A stretch of 64,000 nt of DNA, taken from an uncultured Rickettsiales bacterium (GTDB lineage Bacteria > Pseudomonadota > Alphaproteobacteria > Rickettsiales > UBA1997). The translations under genes and the position numbers were made by a program. The notes under the pieces were generated by a model, which was not told the origin of the DNA, did no database searches, and was given only the letters and a program-made list of their open reading frames with translations. The stretch lies in assembly GCA_947167315.1 (NCBI GenBank), contig CAMVHP010000001.1:4021-68020 (forward strand), read 5' to 3'. Positions 50,773 to 60,442 of the stretch are shown piece after piece. Every line of letters starts with the position of its first letter. Position 1 is the first letter of the stretch.

Positions 50773-51191
50773 TACAATCTATTTTGTGCATCACTAATCA
50801 ACACCACATCAACATAACCACTATCACTAAGTTTTTTCAACACACTCAAAATATCACCATAATTATTTTTTTTATCCGCCATAACATAAACTTTTATGTT
50901 TCGATTTTTTAAAGACGCCTCATCTACGGAAGCAATTAAACTACTGCCGTTTATATCTTTATCGTTAACATAAATATTCCCGTTTTGCTGTATGATAACC
51001 TTTACCGGATCCCTCTCCAGTACAGCTATCTTAGCATTTACCGGAGGCAACTCAATATTAACACGACCAAAAGGATTTTGATTTGGAACCATAAAGGCAA
51101 CCAACACACAAAATATTATATCTATAAAAGGTGTAATATTTATGTTCAAATCGTCTTTATTTCTTTCTTTTTGTCTTATAATTCTTCTCAT
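50772..51191 (-). CDS. tolR: Tol-Pal system protein TolR (ExbD family)
   Basis: 139 aa. INITPFIDIIFCVLVAFMV is the TM helix with the conserved Asp, followed by an ExbD-type periplasmic domain. Confidence 0.85.
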   Translation of the reverse strand: MRRIIRQKERNKDDLNINITPFIDIIFCVLVAFMVPNQNPFGRVNIELPPVNAKIAVLERDPVKVIIQQNGNIYVNDKDINGSSLIASVDEASLKNRNIKVYVMADKKNNYGDILSVLKKLSDSGYVDVVLISDAQNRL

Positions 51192-51192
51192 A

Positions 51193-51885
51193 CTAATCCA
51201 TTTCTCTTGATAATATGTTTAAAATTTCAAGTTTAAAATTATCCAATTCATCTTCATATTCATTAATTCTCGCCCTTATAAAATAAAAAGCTATAATGGC
51301 TGGAATTGCCGTTAACATACCAAATATTGTAGTGGTCAAGGAAGCGCTAACACCCGGTGCTATGGTGGTCAATGAGGCGTCTTTCATCATAGCCATAGCC
51401 TTAAAGGAAGAGGACAGACCCCAAGCCGTTCCCAACAAACCAAACAACGTGGCTGTTGCTCCCACAACCATTAAAAAATTAACACCAAATTTTATTTTTC
51501 TTAACGATCTATTAACGGCCACCGTCATAACATCATACAGTCTATCTTTAAGAGAGTTCTTCTTACTAACATCATTTGTTTTTACTATATTTTGAACATC
51601 TGAATTACCCCACTCCTGCATTGCCGAAATAAAAACAACAATGGCCGGACACTTGGCACTATTTTTTACTTTATTATAAATATCCTCCAGCATATCTCCG
51701 GACCAAAATATTTTTTCAAATCTAGATGTTTTAATTGACATCAATTTAAACTTAAAAAATTTATCAAACACTATAGACCAAGAACAAATTGACATTCCCA
51801 ACAGTATGAATAATATTGTTTTTGTGATAAAATCTGAATGTAACAGTGCTGTAAATATTTGTAGAGTTAAATTATTACTATTCAT
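51193..51885 (-). CDS. tolQ: Tol-Pal system protein TolQ (MotA/ExbB family)
   Basis: 230 aa, 3 TM helices. ATATLFGLLGTAWG and SLTTTIFGMLTAIPA are MotA/TolQ/ExbB channel motifs. Confidence 0.9.
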   Translation of the reverse strand: MNSNNLTLQIFTALLHSDFITKTILFILLGMSICSWSIVFDKFFKFKLMSIKTSRFEKIFWSGDMLEDIYNKVKNSAKCPAIVVFISAMQEWGNSDVQNIVKTNDVSKKNSLKDRLYDVMTVAVNRSLRKIKFGVNFLMVVGATATLFGLLGTAWGLSSSFKAMAMMKDASLTTIAPGVSASLTTTIFGMLTAIPAIIAFYFIRARINEYEDELDNFKLEILNILSREMD

Positions 51886-51934
51886 TTTTGTTGTATAAAT
51901 ATTTTATGCATTTATAATTATATTATCTTTAACA

Positions 51935-52951
51935 ATGTATTTTTCAATAAAAAAAATGAAAAAGTTTTTATTTAAATGCGAAGAAAAAGATAAGAATAAA
52001 AGAATCGACAAATTTTTATATGAAAATATCGTAACAGCTATAAAAAACATATCCAGAGGCAAAGTTCAAGAATTAATAAAAACAAACTTGTTAAAGAAAA
52101 ATAATGTAATATTCAATGATTCATCCTATAGAATAAAAAATGGTGATGTATTGGAAATCGAGGTAGAAGATGAAGAAAAGAAGTTAACGAGTAAAAATAT
52201 AGATTTAGATATTGTTTATGAAGATAACGATTTAATAGTTTTAAACAAACAAGCGGGAATTACCACGCATGCCGGAGCCGGTAACTTTGACGATACGCTG
52301 GTAAATGCTCTACTGTATCACTGTGGTGACAATCTATCAAATATAGATGACCCCACCAGACCGGGAATAGTTCATAGACTTGACAAAGATACAAGCGGAC
52401 TTATGGTGGTGGCAAAAAATAATGATTCACATATTATTTTAAAGGAACAGATAGAAAAAAGAGTGTTAAAAAGAGTGTATAATGCTATAATTTGGGGTAA
52501 TATTTTACCCAAAAATGGAATTATAGACGGTTACATAACTAGATGTAAAAATAACAGATTAAAGATGGAGTTAAGCAAATCAAACGATAACACTGAAGGT
52601 AAATACTCATTAACACATTATAAAACCCTAAAAGAATACGGAAATATAGCAAGTTTAATGGAATGTAAACTTGACACCGGCAGAACGCACCAGATAAGAG
52701 TCCACTTTAGCAGCAGAAAACATCCCATAATCGGAGATAGAGTCTACGGCGGTAACCTAAGAAAAATTGCCGGCAACACAGATAAACTTGATAATAAGAC
52801 ATTTATCGAAACGTTTCCAAGACAGGCATTATATTCAAAATCTATACAGTTTATACATCCAACCACAAAGGAAATATTATTTTTTGAAGTGGAAGCTCCG
52901 GAAGATTTCAGAAAACTAGTTAATAACATTGAGGCACTGACTGGTTGTTAA
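51935..52951 (+). CDS. rluD: 23S rRNA pseudouridine synthase, RluA/RluD family
   Basis: S4-like N-terminus (RIDKFL), catalytic HRLDKDTSGLMVVAK, and the GRTHQIRVH motif. Confidence 0.88.
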   Translation: MYFSIKKMKKFLFKCEEKDKNKRIDKFLYENIVTAIKNISRGKVQELIKTNLLKKNNVIFNDSSYRIKNGDVLEIEVEDEEKKLTSKNIDLDIVYEDNDLIVLNKQAGITTHAGAGNFDDTLVNALLYHCGDNLSNIDDPTRPGIVHRLDKDTSGLMVVAKNNDSHIILKEQIEKRVLKRVYNAIIWGNILPKNGIIDGYITRCKNNRLKMELSKSNDNTEGKYSLTHYKTLKEYGNIASLMECKLDTGRTHQIRVHFSSRKHPIIGDRVYGGNLRKIAGNTDKLDNKTFIETFPRQALYSKSIQFIHPTTKEILFFEVEAPEDFRKLVNNIEALTGC

Positions 52952-53183
52952 TAAACCTGTTAATAACTTTTATAATAAGTATGTTTATATCATTGTTAAT
53001 TAATATTGTTAACAATTTTTACCAAGCAATCAACCAAAAAATCACAAAATTATTAACATGTAAATAATTTATAAAAAGTTATTAACAACCTGTTAATAAC
53101 TATATTTTTTATCTTATTTTAGCATATTGTAATTGTTAATAATTTTTTTAATAATAAGTAATTAACAGAATTAACAGGTTATA
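52946..53183. repeat. Intergenic array of TGTTAA / AACCTGTTAA(TAAC) motifs
   Basis: There are 11 TGTTAA hexamers. Six are on + (52946, 52958, 52994, 53007, 53091, 53134) and five on - (53009, 53053, 53082, 53162, 53171). The 14-mer AACCTGTTAATAAC occurs twice (52954, 53087) and AACCTGTTAA once inverted (53171-53180). The palindrome ATTGTTAACAAT is at 53005-53016. Confidence 0.7.
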
Positions 53184-53311
53184 AATATTGCTATAAAAAT
53201 ACAAAAAACATATCTATTATTTTTTTATATTCAAAATTTTCTTGCTTTTTTATGTAAAGTTAATATTGTTGTGGTAATTTGATAGCAGTTATTAATTTTT
53301 GAAGAATTTAT

Positions 53312-55135
53312 ATGAGCATAAGAAATATAGCCATAATAGCACACGTTGACCACGGAAAAACAACACTAGTAGATCAACTTTTAAAACAAAGTGGTACCTT
53401 TTCGGATCACGAACAGGTGGACGAGAGGGTAATGGACAGTAATGATCTCGAAAGGGAAAGAGGAATAACAATTTTGGCAAAATGTACATCCATTGAATAC
53501 AACGGAACCAGAATAAACATAGTCGATACACCAGGACACGCCGATTTTGGTGGTGAAGTGGAACGTGTATTGTCAATGGTGGATGGTGTGGTTCTATTGG
53601 TGGACTCAGCAGAAGGACCAATGCCTCAGACGAAGTTTGTATTATCAAAAGCTTTAGCGCTTGGATTAAAGCCAATAGTTGTGATCAATAAGATTGATAG
53701 AGGTGATGCTAGACCGGATGAGGTTTTAAATGAAATATTTGATCTGTTTGTAAATCTAAATGCTAATGATGAACAACTGGACTTTCCGGTTTTATACGCG
53801 GTTGGTAGAGATGGTTGGTGTGTTAAAGATTTAAATGATGAGAAAAAAGATTTAAAACCGTTGTTTGATTTGATTTTGAGTTATGTAAAGGAACCAGATG
53901 TAGATAGAGATGCACCGTTTGCTATGCTTTCTACAATTCTTGACTACAATAGCTATGTTGGTAGAATGTTGACCGGTAAAGTTTATAGTGGTAAAGCAAC
54001 TATAAACATGCCGATAAAGTCGATAAATTTAAATGGTGAATTGGTGGAAAGGGGTAGATTGACAAAAATGTTTGTATTTAGGGGTATTAAAAAAATAGCT
54101 GTGGATGAGGTGGAAGCTGGAGATATTATCTCCATTGCTGGACTGGAACACACAAATGTTTCTGATACAATATGTGATCCGGCAATGGATACTCCAATAA
54201 AGTCAACACCCGTTGATGCCCCAACTATGGCAATAAATATTAGTGTTAATGATTCACCTTTAGCTGGTAAAGAGGGAACAAAAGTTACATCGAGGTTACT
54301 GAGAGATAGACTATTGGCGGAACAGGAAAGTAATGTTGCCATAACAGTAAAAGAAGCGGACAATAAAGATAGTTTTGAGGTTGGAGGTAGAGGAGAACTA
54401 CAGTTGGGTGTGTTAATTGAAACCATGAGAAGAGAAGGATATGAAATGTCTGTTGGTAGACCAAAAGTTTTGTATCATACGGATGAAAATGGTAATAAAC
54501 TTGAGCCTATAGAGGAAGTTGTAATTGATGTGGATGATGAGTATAGTGGTGTTGTGGTGGAAAAATTAAGTAAAAGAAAGGGTGAGTTGAAGGAAATGAA
54601 ACCTTGTGGAGTTGGTAAAACCAGAATAGTATTTTTAGTACCGTCAAGGGGACTTTTGGGTTATCAAAGTGAATTTATGACTGACACAAAGGGAACAGGA
54701 ATTATAAATAAACTGTTTAACTCCTATCAACCATATAAGGGTGACATACAAAAATTAAGAAAAGGCGTGTTGATTTCCACAGATATAGGTGAGGCTGTAC
54801 CGTATGCCCTATTTAATATACAGGACAGAGGAACTATGTTTGTTGGCCCACATGATAAGGTTTATGAAGGTATGATAGTGGGTGAACATTCTAGAGATAA
54901 TGATATAGTCGTTAATGTGCTAAAGGCTAAAAAGTTGACGAACGTCAGGGCGGCCGGCAGTGATGAAAATGTGATATTGACACCTCCAAGAAGGATGAGT
55001 CTAGAACAGATGATAACCTACATAAATGATGACGAATTGCTTGAGGTTACGCCGAAAAGTTTAAGATTGAGAAAAAAATATTTAACCGCTTCCGAAAGAA
55101 AAAAATTCAATAAAAATGAGGAGAGCGACGAATAA
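53312..55135 (+). CDS. typA: Translational GTPase TypA/BipA
   Basis: IRNIAIIAHVDHGKTTLVD, DTPGHADFGGEVER and NKIDR, with EF-G-like domain order and a BipA-specific C-terminal domain. 607 aa. Confidence 0.95.
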   Translation: MSIRNIAIIAHVDHGKTTLVDQLLKQSGTFSDHEQVDERVMDSNDLERERGITILAKCTSIEYNGTRINIVDTPGHADFGGEVERVLSMVDGVVLLVDSAEGPMPQTKFVLSKALALGLKPIVVINKIDRGDARPDEVLNEIFDLFVNLNANDEQLDFPVLYAVGRDGWCVKDLNDEKKDLKPLFDLILSYVKEPDVDRDAPFAMLSTILDYNSYVGRMLTGKVYSGKATINMPIKSINLNGELVERGRLTKMFVFRGIKKIAVDEVEAGDIISIAGLEHTNVSDTICDPAMDTPIKSTPVDAPTMAINISVNDSPLAGKEGTKVTSRLLRDRLLAEQESNVAITVKEADNKDSFEVGGRGELQLGVLIETMRREGYEMSVGRPKVLYHTDENGNKLEPIEEVVIDVDDEYSGVVVEKLSKRKGELKEMKPCGVGKTRIVFLVPSRGLLGYQSEFMTDTKGTGIINKLFNSYQPYKGDIQKLRKGVLISTDIGEAVPYALFNIQDRGTMFVGPHDKVYEGMIVGEHSRDNDIVVNVLKAKKLTNVRAAGSDENVILTPPRRMSLEQMITYINDDELLEVTPKSLRLRKKYLTASERKKFNKNEESDE

Positions 55136-55253
55136 TTTTAATAGCTAAACGTTGTATTACGTTAGACGTTAAGGATTCATTGCCCGTCGTCTATTGATTT
55201 TTTTATTTTTTGGTCTAGTATTTAGACAGATAACTAAATAATTATTTAGAGAC

Positions 55254-55706
55254 ATGAAGTTTTTAAGGGTATTAATAGAAGTTACACTAATGGTGTTGTG
55301 TTTTATATTGGGCCTAAAGTATAATGACTTTAAAAATAATATAAAAAGTAGAGTTGATGTAATCCAGGAAGTTCCAATAGATATGGATGTAGTTGATAAA
55401 AAGGATAGCGATGGTGGTGTTGATGGTAATGCTAATGATGGTACTAAAGTTGATGAGGTGGAAACTCCATCGGTTGAGCAGAATAATCAAAGTGAAATAA
55501 ATTCTAGTGTAGAAAGCACAAGTGAGTCTGTTGCACAGGAACAAAATAGCGAGAATCAAGGTACGTCAACGGAGCCAAATGTTCATGACTTGACACCGGA
55601 AAACCTAAACCTGCCGGAACCGGTTAACGAAGAACCATCAACGACAACCGATGAACAACAATCTTCTGTTGAGTCGACCACAGGTCAAGTTAAGGCTGGA
55701 GAATAA
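55254..55706 (+). CDS. Hypothetical membrane-anchored acidic low-complexity protein
   Basis: One N-terminal TM helix (LIEVTLMVLCFILGL) precedes a D/E/S/T/N/Q-rich tail. I recognise no family. Confidence 0.45.
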   Translation: MKFLRVLIEVTLMVLCFILGLKYNDFKNNIKSRVDVIQEVPIDMDVVDKKDSDGGVDGNANDGTKVDEVETPSVEQNNQSEINSSVESTSESVAQEQNSENQGTSTEPNVHDLTPENLNLPEPVNEEPSTTTDEQQSSVESTTGQVKAGE

Positions 55707-55720
55707 TTATTAATTAAATT

Positions 55721-57058
55721 ATGGGTTCAAACGACACTATATTTGCTCCATTAACAATAAAGGGGAAGTGTAGTGTCTTTGTTGTAAGAATATCTGGCAC
55801 GAAAACCACAGAGTGTATTAAAAGACTTGGAGTGAAAAAAACACTAAAACACAGATTAGCAACCCTTTGTAATTTAAAGGACGAAAACAACAATCTGCTT
55901 GATAGTGCTTTAGTTATATATTTTCATGCACCAAACAGCTTCACCGGTGAAGATATTTGTGAATTAAATCTCCACTGTTCCAGTTACATCATAGATAAAG
56001 TTTTTGAAATACTGTTGAGTATTGATGGTGTGAGGTTGGCGGAGCATGGAGAATTTTCCAAAAGAGCCTTTTTAAATGGAAAATTAGATTTAATACAGGC
56101 GGAATCCATAGTGGATTTAATTGATTCTAAAACCGAATTGCAACATAAACAGGCAATGGAGCAATTAAGGGGTAAAAACTCAAAGTTTTTTGATGAATTA
56201 AGAAATGAAACCGTTTTAATAGCCAGTAATATAGAGGCGATAATAGATTTTCCAGAAGATGATGTGGATGAGAATTTAATTGATGGATTGAAGGCTAAAA
56301 TAAATAATTTAATAGATAAAATTGAAAGTACCCTCAAGGATAATAGAATAGGTGAAAAGATAAAAGACGGTTTAAGTATATCTATAATAGGAGAGCCAAA
56401 TGTTGGTAAATCAAGTTTTTTAAATTTTTTAGCTGAAAACGACGTTGCTATAGTGTCGGACATAGCTGGCACCACCAGAGATATTGTAAAAATTTCAATG
56501 GATATAAATGGCTTGTTGGTGAATGTACATGACACTGCGGGCATTAGAACAACGGATAATGTATTAGAAAGAGAGGGTGTTAAAAGAGCAATAGAAGATG
56601 CAAAAAATGCTGATTTAAAAATACTAATTTTGAGTCCAGAAAATATTAATGTTAATAAAGATGTTGCTGATTTAATTGATGATGATACATTGGTTTTAAT
56701 GAATAAAGTCGATATTGCTGATGATGATACAATTAAAGAGGTAAAAAACAAATACAAAAATGTTATCACGATGTCCGTAAAAAATAATATAAATCTTGAT
56801 GTTGTGGTTGAGGAGATAAAAAACAGAATAACATCTATGGTAAATCCATACATCGGAACAAATATAACACAGGAGCGACATAGAAATGAACTGCTGAAGG
56901 CGGTAAATGCTCTAAAGGAAATCGATTTCAATCTACCAATAGAAATAGTTGCAGAAAAGATAAGAGTTGCTAGCTTTTGTATAGGGACAATTACCGGCAG
57001 AATTAACACAGAAGAGATTTTGGATAATATTTTCAGTAGATTTTGTATAGGTAAATAA
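55721..57058 (+). CDS. mnmE: tRNA modification GTPase MnmE (TrmE)
   Basis: DTIFAPLT...VVRISG N-domain, G-domain (GEPNVGKSSFLN, DIAGTTRD, DTAGIR, NKVD) and the C-terminal CIGK motif. Confidence 0.95.
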   Translation: MGSNDTIFAPLTIKGKCSVFVVRISGTKTTECIKRLGVKKTLKHRLATLCNLKDENNNLLDSALVIYFHAPNSFTGEDICELNLHCSSYIIDKVFEILLSIDGVRLAEHGEFSKRAFLNGKLDLIQAESIVDLIDSKTELQHKQAMEQLRGKNSKFFDELRNETVLIASNIEAIIDFPEDDVDENLIDGLKAKINNLIDKIESTLKDNRIGEKIKDGLSISIIGEPNVGKSSFLNFLAENDVAIVSDIAGTTRDIVKISMDINGLLVNVHDTAGIRTTDNVLEREGVKRAIEDAKNADLKILILSPENINVNKDVADLIDDDTLVLMNKVDIADDDTIKEVKNKYKNVITMSVKNNINLDVVVEEIKNRITSMVNPYIGTNITQERHRNELLKAVNALKEIDFNLPIEIVAEKIRVASFCIGTITGRINTEEILDNIFSRFCIGK

Positions 57059-57073
57059 ACTACAAATTAAATG

Positions 57074-58450
57074 TTATATTTTAAAATATTTAAACACAGA
57101 TGTGGCAACGGATTTTGAGATTGTGTTTCTGTAGTTTTGGTTCTTTAATAGTTTTTCATCCTGTGGGTTAGATAAGAAACTTAACTCTATAAGCACAGAA
57201 GGAAATTCTGGAGCAAGTAAAACGGCAAAATTACCATATTTATGTGGTTCTCCAAACATTTTTACATTTTTACTTTTGAGATTATTAATTAGAACATTTG
57301 TGAATTTTGTAGATTCGGCGAGAGTTTTATATCTTATGGAATCATACTTTATTTTATTTTTCCAGTAGTTCATATTATTAATTATTTTGTATTTACTGTC
57401 AGTCACCATCAGCTTTGTTGTTCTGGTGTCTGAGGCGCTTTTCATGAGTGTATATACCGATAATCCGCTTGCTCGCCTGTTTGTGCTGGAATCTGAGTGT
57501 ATGGATATAAAAAGATCGGCGTTCAACATTCTGGCCTTATTTACTCTATCCTTTAGCTCTATAAAAATATCACTATTTCTGGTCATAATAACTTTAATTT
57601 TGCTATTTTTTCCCAATTCATTTTTTATTGCTCTGGCATACAGAAGGTTTATGTCCTTCTCTTTGGTTTTTTTAACTCCAATTGCCCCAGGATCTTTTCC
57701 GCCGTGTCCGGCGTCAAGTACAACCACGAACTGATTATATTTAGTTACGTTTCTGTTGGTTCTTTTTTCTTTTTTAATGAGCTTATCGCTAAAATCGACG
57801 GATATACTTTTAAGGAAACTATCAAGGTCCACCTGTTCATTGTTCTGTTCCTCAAAGCTTCTGGTTATTTCTTTTTCGTCAATGATGTTGTTTAATGCCA
57901 ACAGTTCATTTATATCTTTCGCTTTAACGCTATTGTCTATTATATCATCGATGGTTTCATTATCCCATTTTACATTATCTATGACATCATCAATGGATTT
58001 AGTTTTGTCATCATACATGCCAACTATTATGTCGTCTATCGTTTTATCGTCTTTATATATGTCAACTATCACTCTATAGTAGGTTGATACCTTTGATGGT
58101 TCCGTATATAAATATCTCATCAGACTAGCATTGTTTTTAACTGAAACAATAAAGGTTATTCCGCTAACTTCATTTATTAGTTCTATATCTTCTATGGTAT
58201 TTAGCTTAAAGATGTTTTTGTGTAGATTGCTCTTTATTGTGGTATTTGGTAAATTAACATTAATTTTATTTTTGTATTGATTAACAAAATATTTTGGTTT
58301 TTCCGTTGTTTCAAACATTATTCTTATGTAATTTTCTCTGTCGTAGGTTTTAATAGCCACAACTTCATTGGAAAAACAGTTGTTTATGAAGATAAAGGGA
58401 ATGGCAATAGAAACGAGAAGTGTAAAAATTAAAAGCAAAAACCTTTTCAT
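57074..58450 (-). CDS. N-acetylmuramoyl-L-alanine amidase (AmiC-like, AMIN + Amidase_3)
   Basis: Signal peptide, AMIN-like N-domain (RIMFETTEKPKYFV), and the catalytic block VVVLDAGHGGKDPGAIG...SIHSDS. Confidence 0.85.
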   Translation of the reverse strand: MKRFLLLIFTLLVSIAIPFIFINNCFSNEVVAIKTYDRENYIRIMFETTEKPKYFVNQYKNKINVNLPNTTIKSNLHKNIFKLNTIEDIELINEVSGITFIVSVKNNASLMRYLYTEPSKVSTYYRVIVDIYKDDKTIDDIIVGMYDDKTKSIDDVIDNVKWDNETIDDIIDNSVKAKDINELLALNNIIDEKEITRSFEEQNNEQVDLDSFLKSISVDFSDKLIKKEKRTNRNVTKYNQFVVVLDAGHGGKDPGAIGVKKTKEKDINLLYARAIKNELGKNSKIKVIMTRNSDIFIELKDRVNKARMLNADLFISIHSDSSTNRRASGLSVYTLMKSASDTRTTKLMVTDSKYKIINNMNYWKNKIKYDSIRYKTLAESTKFTNVLINNLKSKNVKMFGEPHKYGNFAVLLAPEFPSVLIELSFLSNPQDEKLLKNQNYRNTISKSVATSVFKYFKI

Positions 58451-59191
58451 TTAATCAAGAGTTTTTTGATTGTTTTCAATCACATTTTCCACTAATTTTA
58501 CAACATCGTTTTTATTTAAATCTTTGTAATTCTCATATTTTATAAGTGGGGCAATTTTTATGGTTATTGTACCGGGTTTTTTTATAAAGTGGAATTTTGG
58601 CCAACACTTTGCTGAATTAAGAGATATCGGCAACATATCCAATTTATTTTCCTTTGCTATAACTGTAAAACCGCTCTTATATGGGTAATCATCTGTGTTT
58701 GAGTTTAACGGAACTCTTGTTCCCTGTGGAAATATCAATAAATTTCTTTTTTCCTTTTCAATAAATTCTTTTGCCTGTTTACTCATTTTTTTTATGGCAT
58801 TTATTCCATCTTTTCTGTTGATGGAAATACAGCCTACAGATTCTAATGCTGAACCCAATCCCGGTATCATTAGTAATTCTCTTTTTAATATGAATACCAA
58901 ATACTTTTCAAAATACTGAAATAGAAAGTATGTTTCCCAAGTGGACTGGTGTTTTGCCACTATTAAACAAACATCATGCGGTATATTTTCAACCCCAATT
59001 ACCCTATATTTAATTCCACATATGTATTTCAACATCAAAATATTTAATCTGGCCCAATTCTTGGAAAATTTTCTTACCGCGTTTTCCAAATGAAATATTT
59101 TTCCCACCACCGCAAATAGCATTAGTGAAAGTGTGTTTATCCAAAACAACAGGGTAAAAACTACCGATCTTATAAAATTTATAACCATCAT
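58451..59191 (-). CDS. plsC: 1-acyl-sn-glycerol-3-phosphate acyltransferase
   Basis: The H(X4)D-type motif is AKHQSTWET, with FPQGTR as the second acyltransferase block. I placed the start at one of the tandem Met codons abutting the tsaD stop. The longer ORF reaches 59215. Confidence 0.85.
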   Translation of the reverse strand: MMVINFIRSVVFTLLFWINTLSLMLFAVVGKIFHLENAVRKFSKNWARLNILMLKYICGIKYRVIGVENIPHDVCLIVAKHQSTWETYFLFQYFEKYLVFILKRELLMIPGLGSALESVGCISINRKDGINAIKKMSKQAKEFIEKEKRNLLIFPQGTRVPLNSNTDDYPYKSGFTVIAKENKLDMLPISLNSAKCWPKFHFIKKPGTITIKIAPLIKYENYKDLNKNDVVKLVENVIENNQKTLD

Positions 59192-60279
59192 AGCCTTAAC
59201 TCCTCCAATTCCCATCTTGCTTTTGGTATAGTAAACAAATCATTTATTAAATTCAATTTAAATCTTTCGAGTCCAACATTCACCACCATTACACCATTAT
59301 CCGTACATAACTTAATCGGTGGAGTTATTAAATTATACTTGTATTTTTTACACATATTCGACATGTTATTTTTTATGTATTGATTTGCTGCAACTCCGCC
59401 CGCCACAACTATGTCATTTATGCTTTTATTTTTGTTGTTTTTTATCAGATTTTTTAATCTATCAATTAAAATATCGCAAACTGTTTTTTGAAATGATGCA
59501 CATATATCCATTTTGTCCTGCTGAGTTATTCTACAGCTGTCACTGTAATGATATTCATCGCCAAGTAATTTTTCTATTTCCCGTCTAACAGCTGTCTTTA
59601 ATCCAGAAAAGGAAAAATCAAATAAACTTTTGTTGTTTTTACCTTTACTATCTATTAATGGTTTTGTGAATTTAAATCTTTTTTCGTTACCGTATTTAGC
59701 CATTTCTTCAATTTTAGGTCCTCCCGGATATTCAAGCCCAACCAATTGTGCCACCTTATCAAAAGTTTCACCTATGGAGTCATCTATTGTTTCACCAAGT
59801 TTTACATAGTCGCCAACACCGTTTACTTGCAATATTTGACAGTGTCCTCCCGATAGTAGAAACAAAAAATATGGAAATTGTACATTGTCAGTAAATCTAC
59901 AGGTTAATGCGTGTGCCTCAAGGTGATTTACCGAAATAAATGGTTTTTTTAACGCGGATGCTAGTGTTTTAGCAAAAATTGTTCCGACTATGACACCACC
60001 TATTAGCCCAGGGCCGGTGGTGGCAGCAACCACATCTATATCTTTAGCCTGTAAACCTGCTTCCTCAAGTGTTCTCAAAAAAACACCATCTATCACATCT
60101 AGGTGGTTTCTGGAGGCAACCTCCGGAACTACTCCGCCAAATGCTTTATGTATATCTATCTGTGACAACACGACGTGCGATAATATGTTTTTATTTTCAT
60201 CTACTATCGCCATCGCCGTTTCATCACAACTGGTTTCTATGCCTAAAATATTCATTTTGTTTATATAGTTGCTTGTCAT
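59188..60279 (-). CDS. tsaD: tRNA N6-adenosine threonylcarbamoyltransferase TsaD
   Basis: ILGIETSCDETA, GGVVPEVASRNH, ATTGPGLIGG and NHLEAH are TsaD/Kae1 blocks. The true start may be MNILG at 60255. Confidence 0.95.
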   Translation of the reverse strand: MTSNYINKMNILGIETSCDETAMAIVDENKNILSHVVLSQIDIHKAFGGVVPEVASRNHLDVIDGVFLRTLEEAGLQAKDIDVVAATTGPGLIGGVIVGTIFAKTLASALKKPFISVNHLEAHALTCRFTDNVQFPYFLFLLSGGHCQILQVNGVGDYVKLGETIDDSIGETFDKVAQLVGLEYPGGPKIEEMAKYGNEKRFKFTKPLIDSKGKNNKSLFDFSFSGLKTAVRREIEKLLGDEYHYSDSCRITQQDKMDICASFQKTVCDILIDRLKNLIKNNKNKSINDIVVAGGVAANQYIKNNMSNMCKKYKYNLITPPIKLCTDNGVMVVNVGLERFKLNLINDLFTIPKARWELEELRL

Positions 60280-60442
60280 AATATAACCCGTTGTTTGGAT
60301 TAGTCAATAGATTGTTTATTGTTCTTTAATTATGTTTAGTGTTTATCATCGGGTTTTGATTGGTAAATTTAAGTGTAAAAACTATTGAAAAAAATATTTA
60401 CTTTATTAAAATAACAAGCAAATTTACAATTTTGTTTTTGTT

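Noticed and set aside
52952-53311. The rluD-typA spacer as a replication origin or a CtrA-regulated region
   Set aside because: There is no TTATCCACA-like DnaA box within two mismatches, apart from one poor TTACCACAA. None of the TTAA...TTAAC pairs has the N7 spacing of CtrA boxes (observed N5 and N9). No origin-linked genes flank it. I report it only as an unexplained motif array.
55984-57009. 341-aa ORF antisense to mnmE
   Set aside because: It lies entirely within the well-supported mnmE gene. The translation is S/F/I/L-rich low complexity, typical of the shadow frame of an AT-rich gene, with no recognisable motif.
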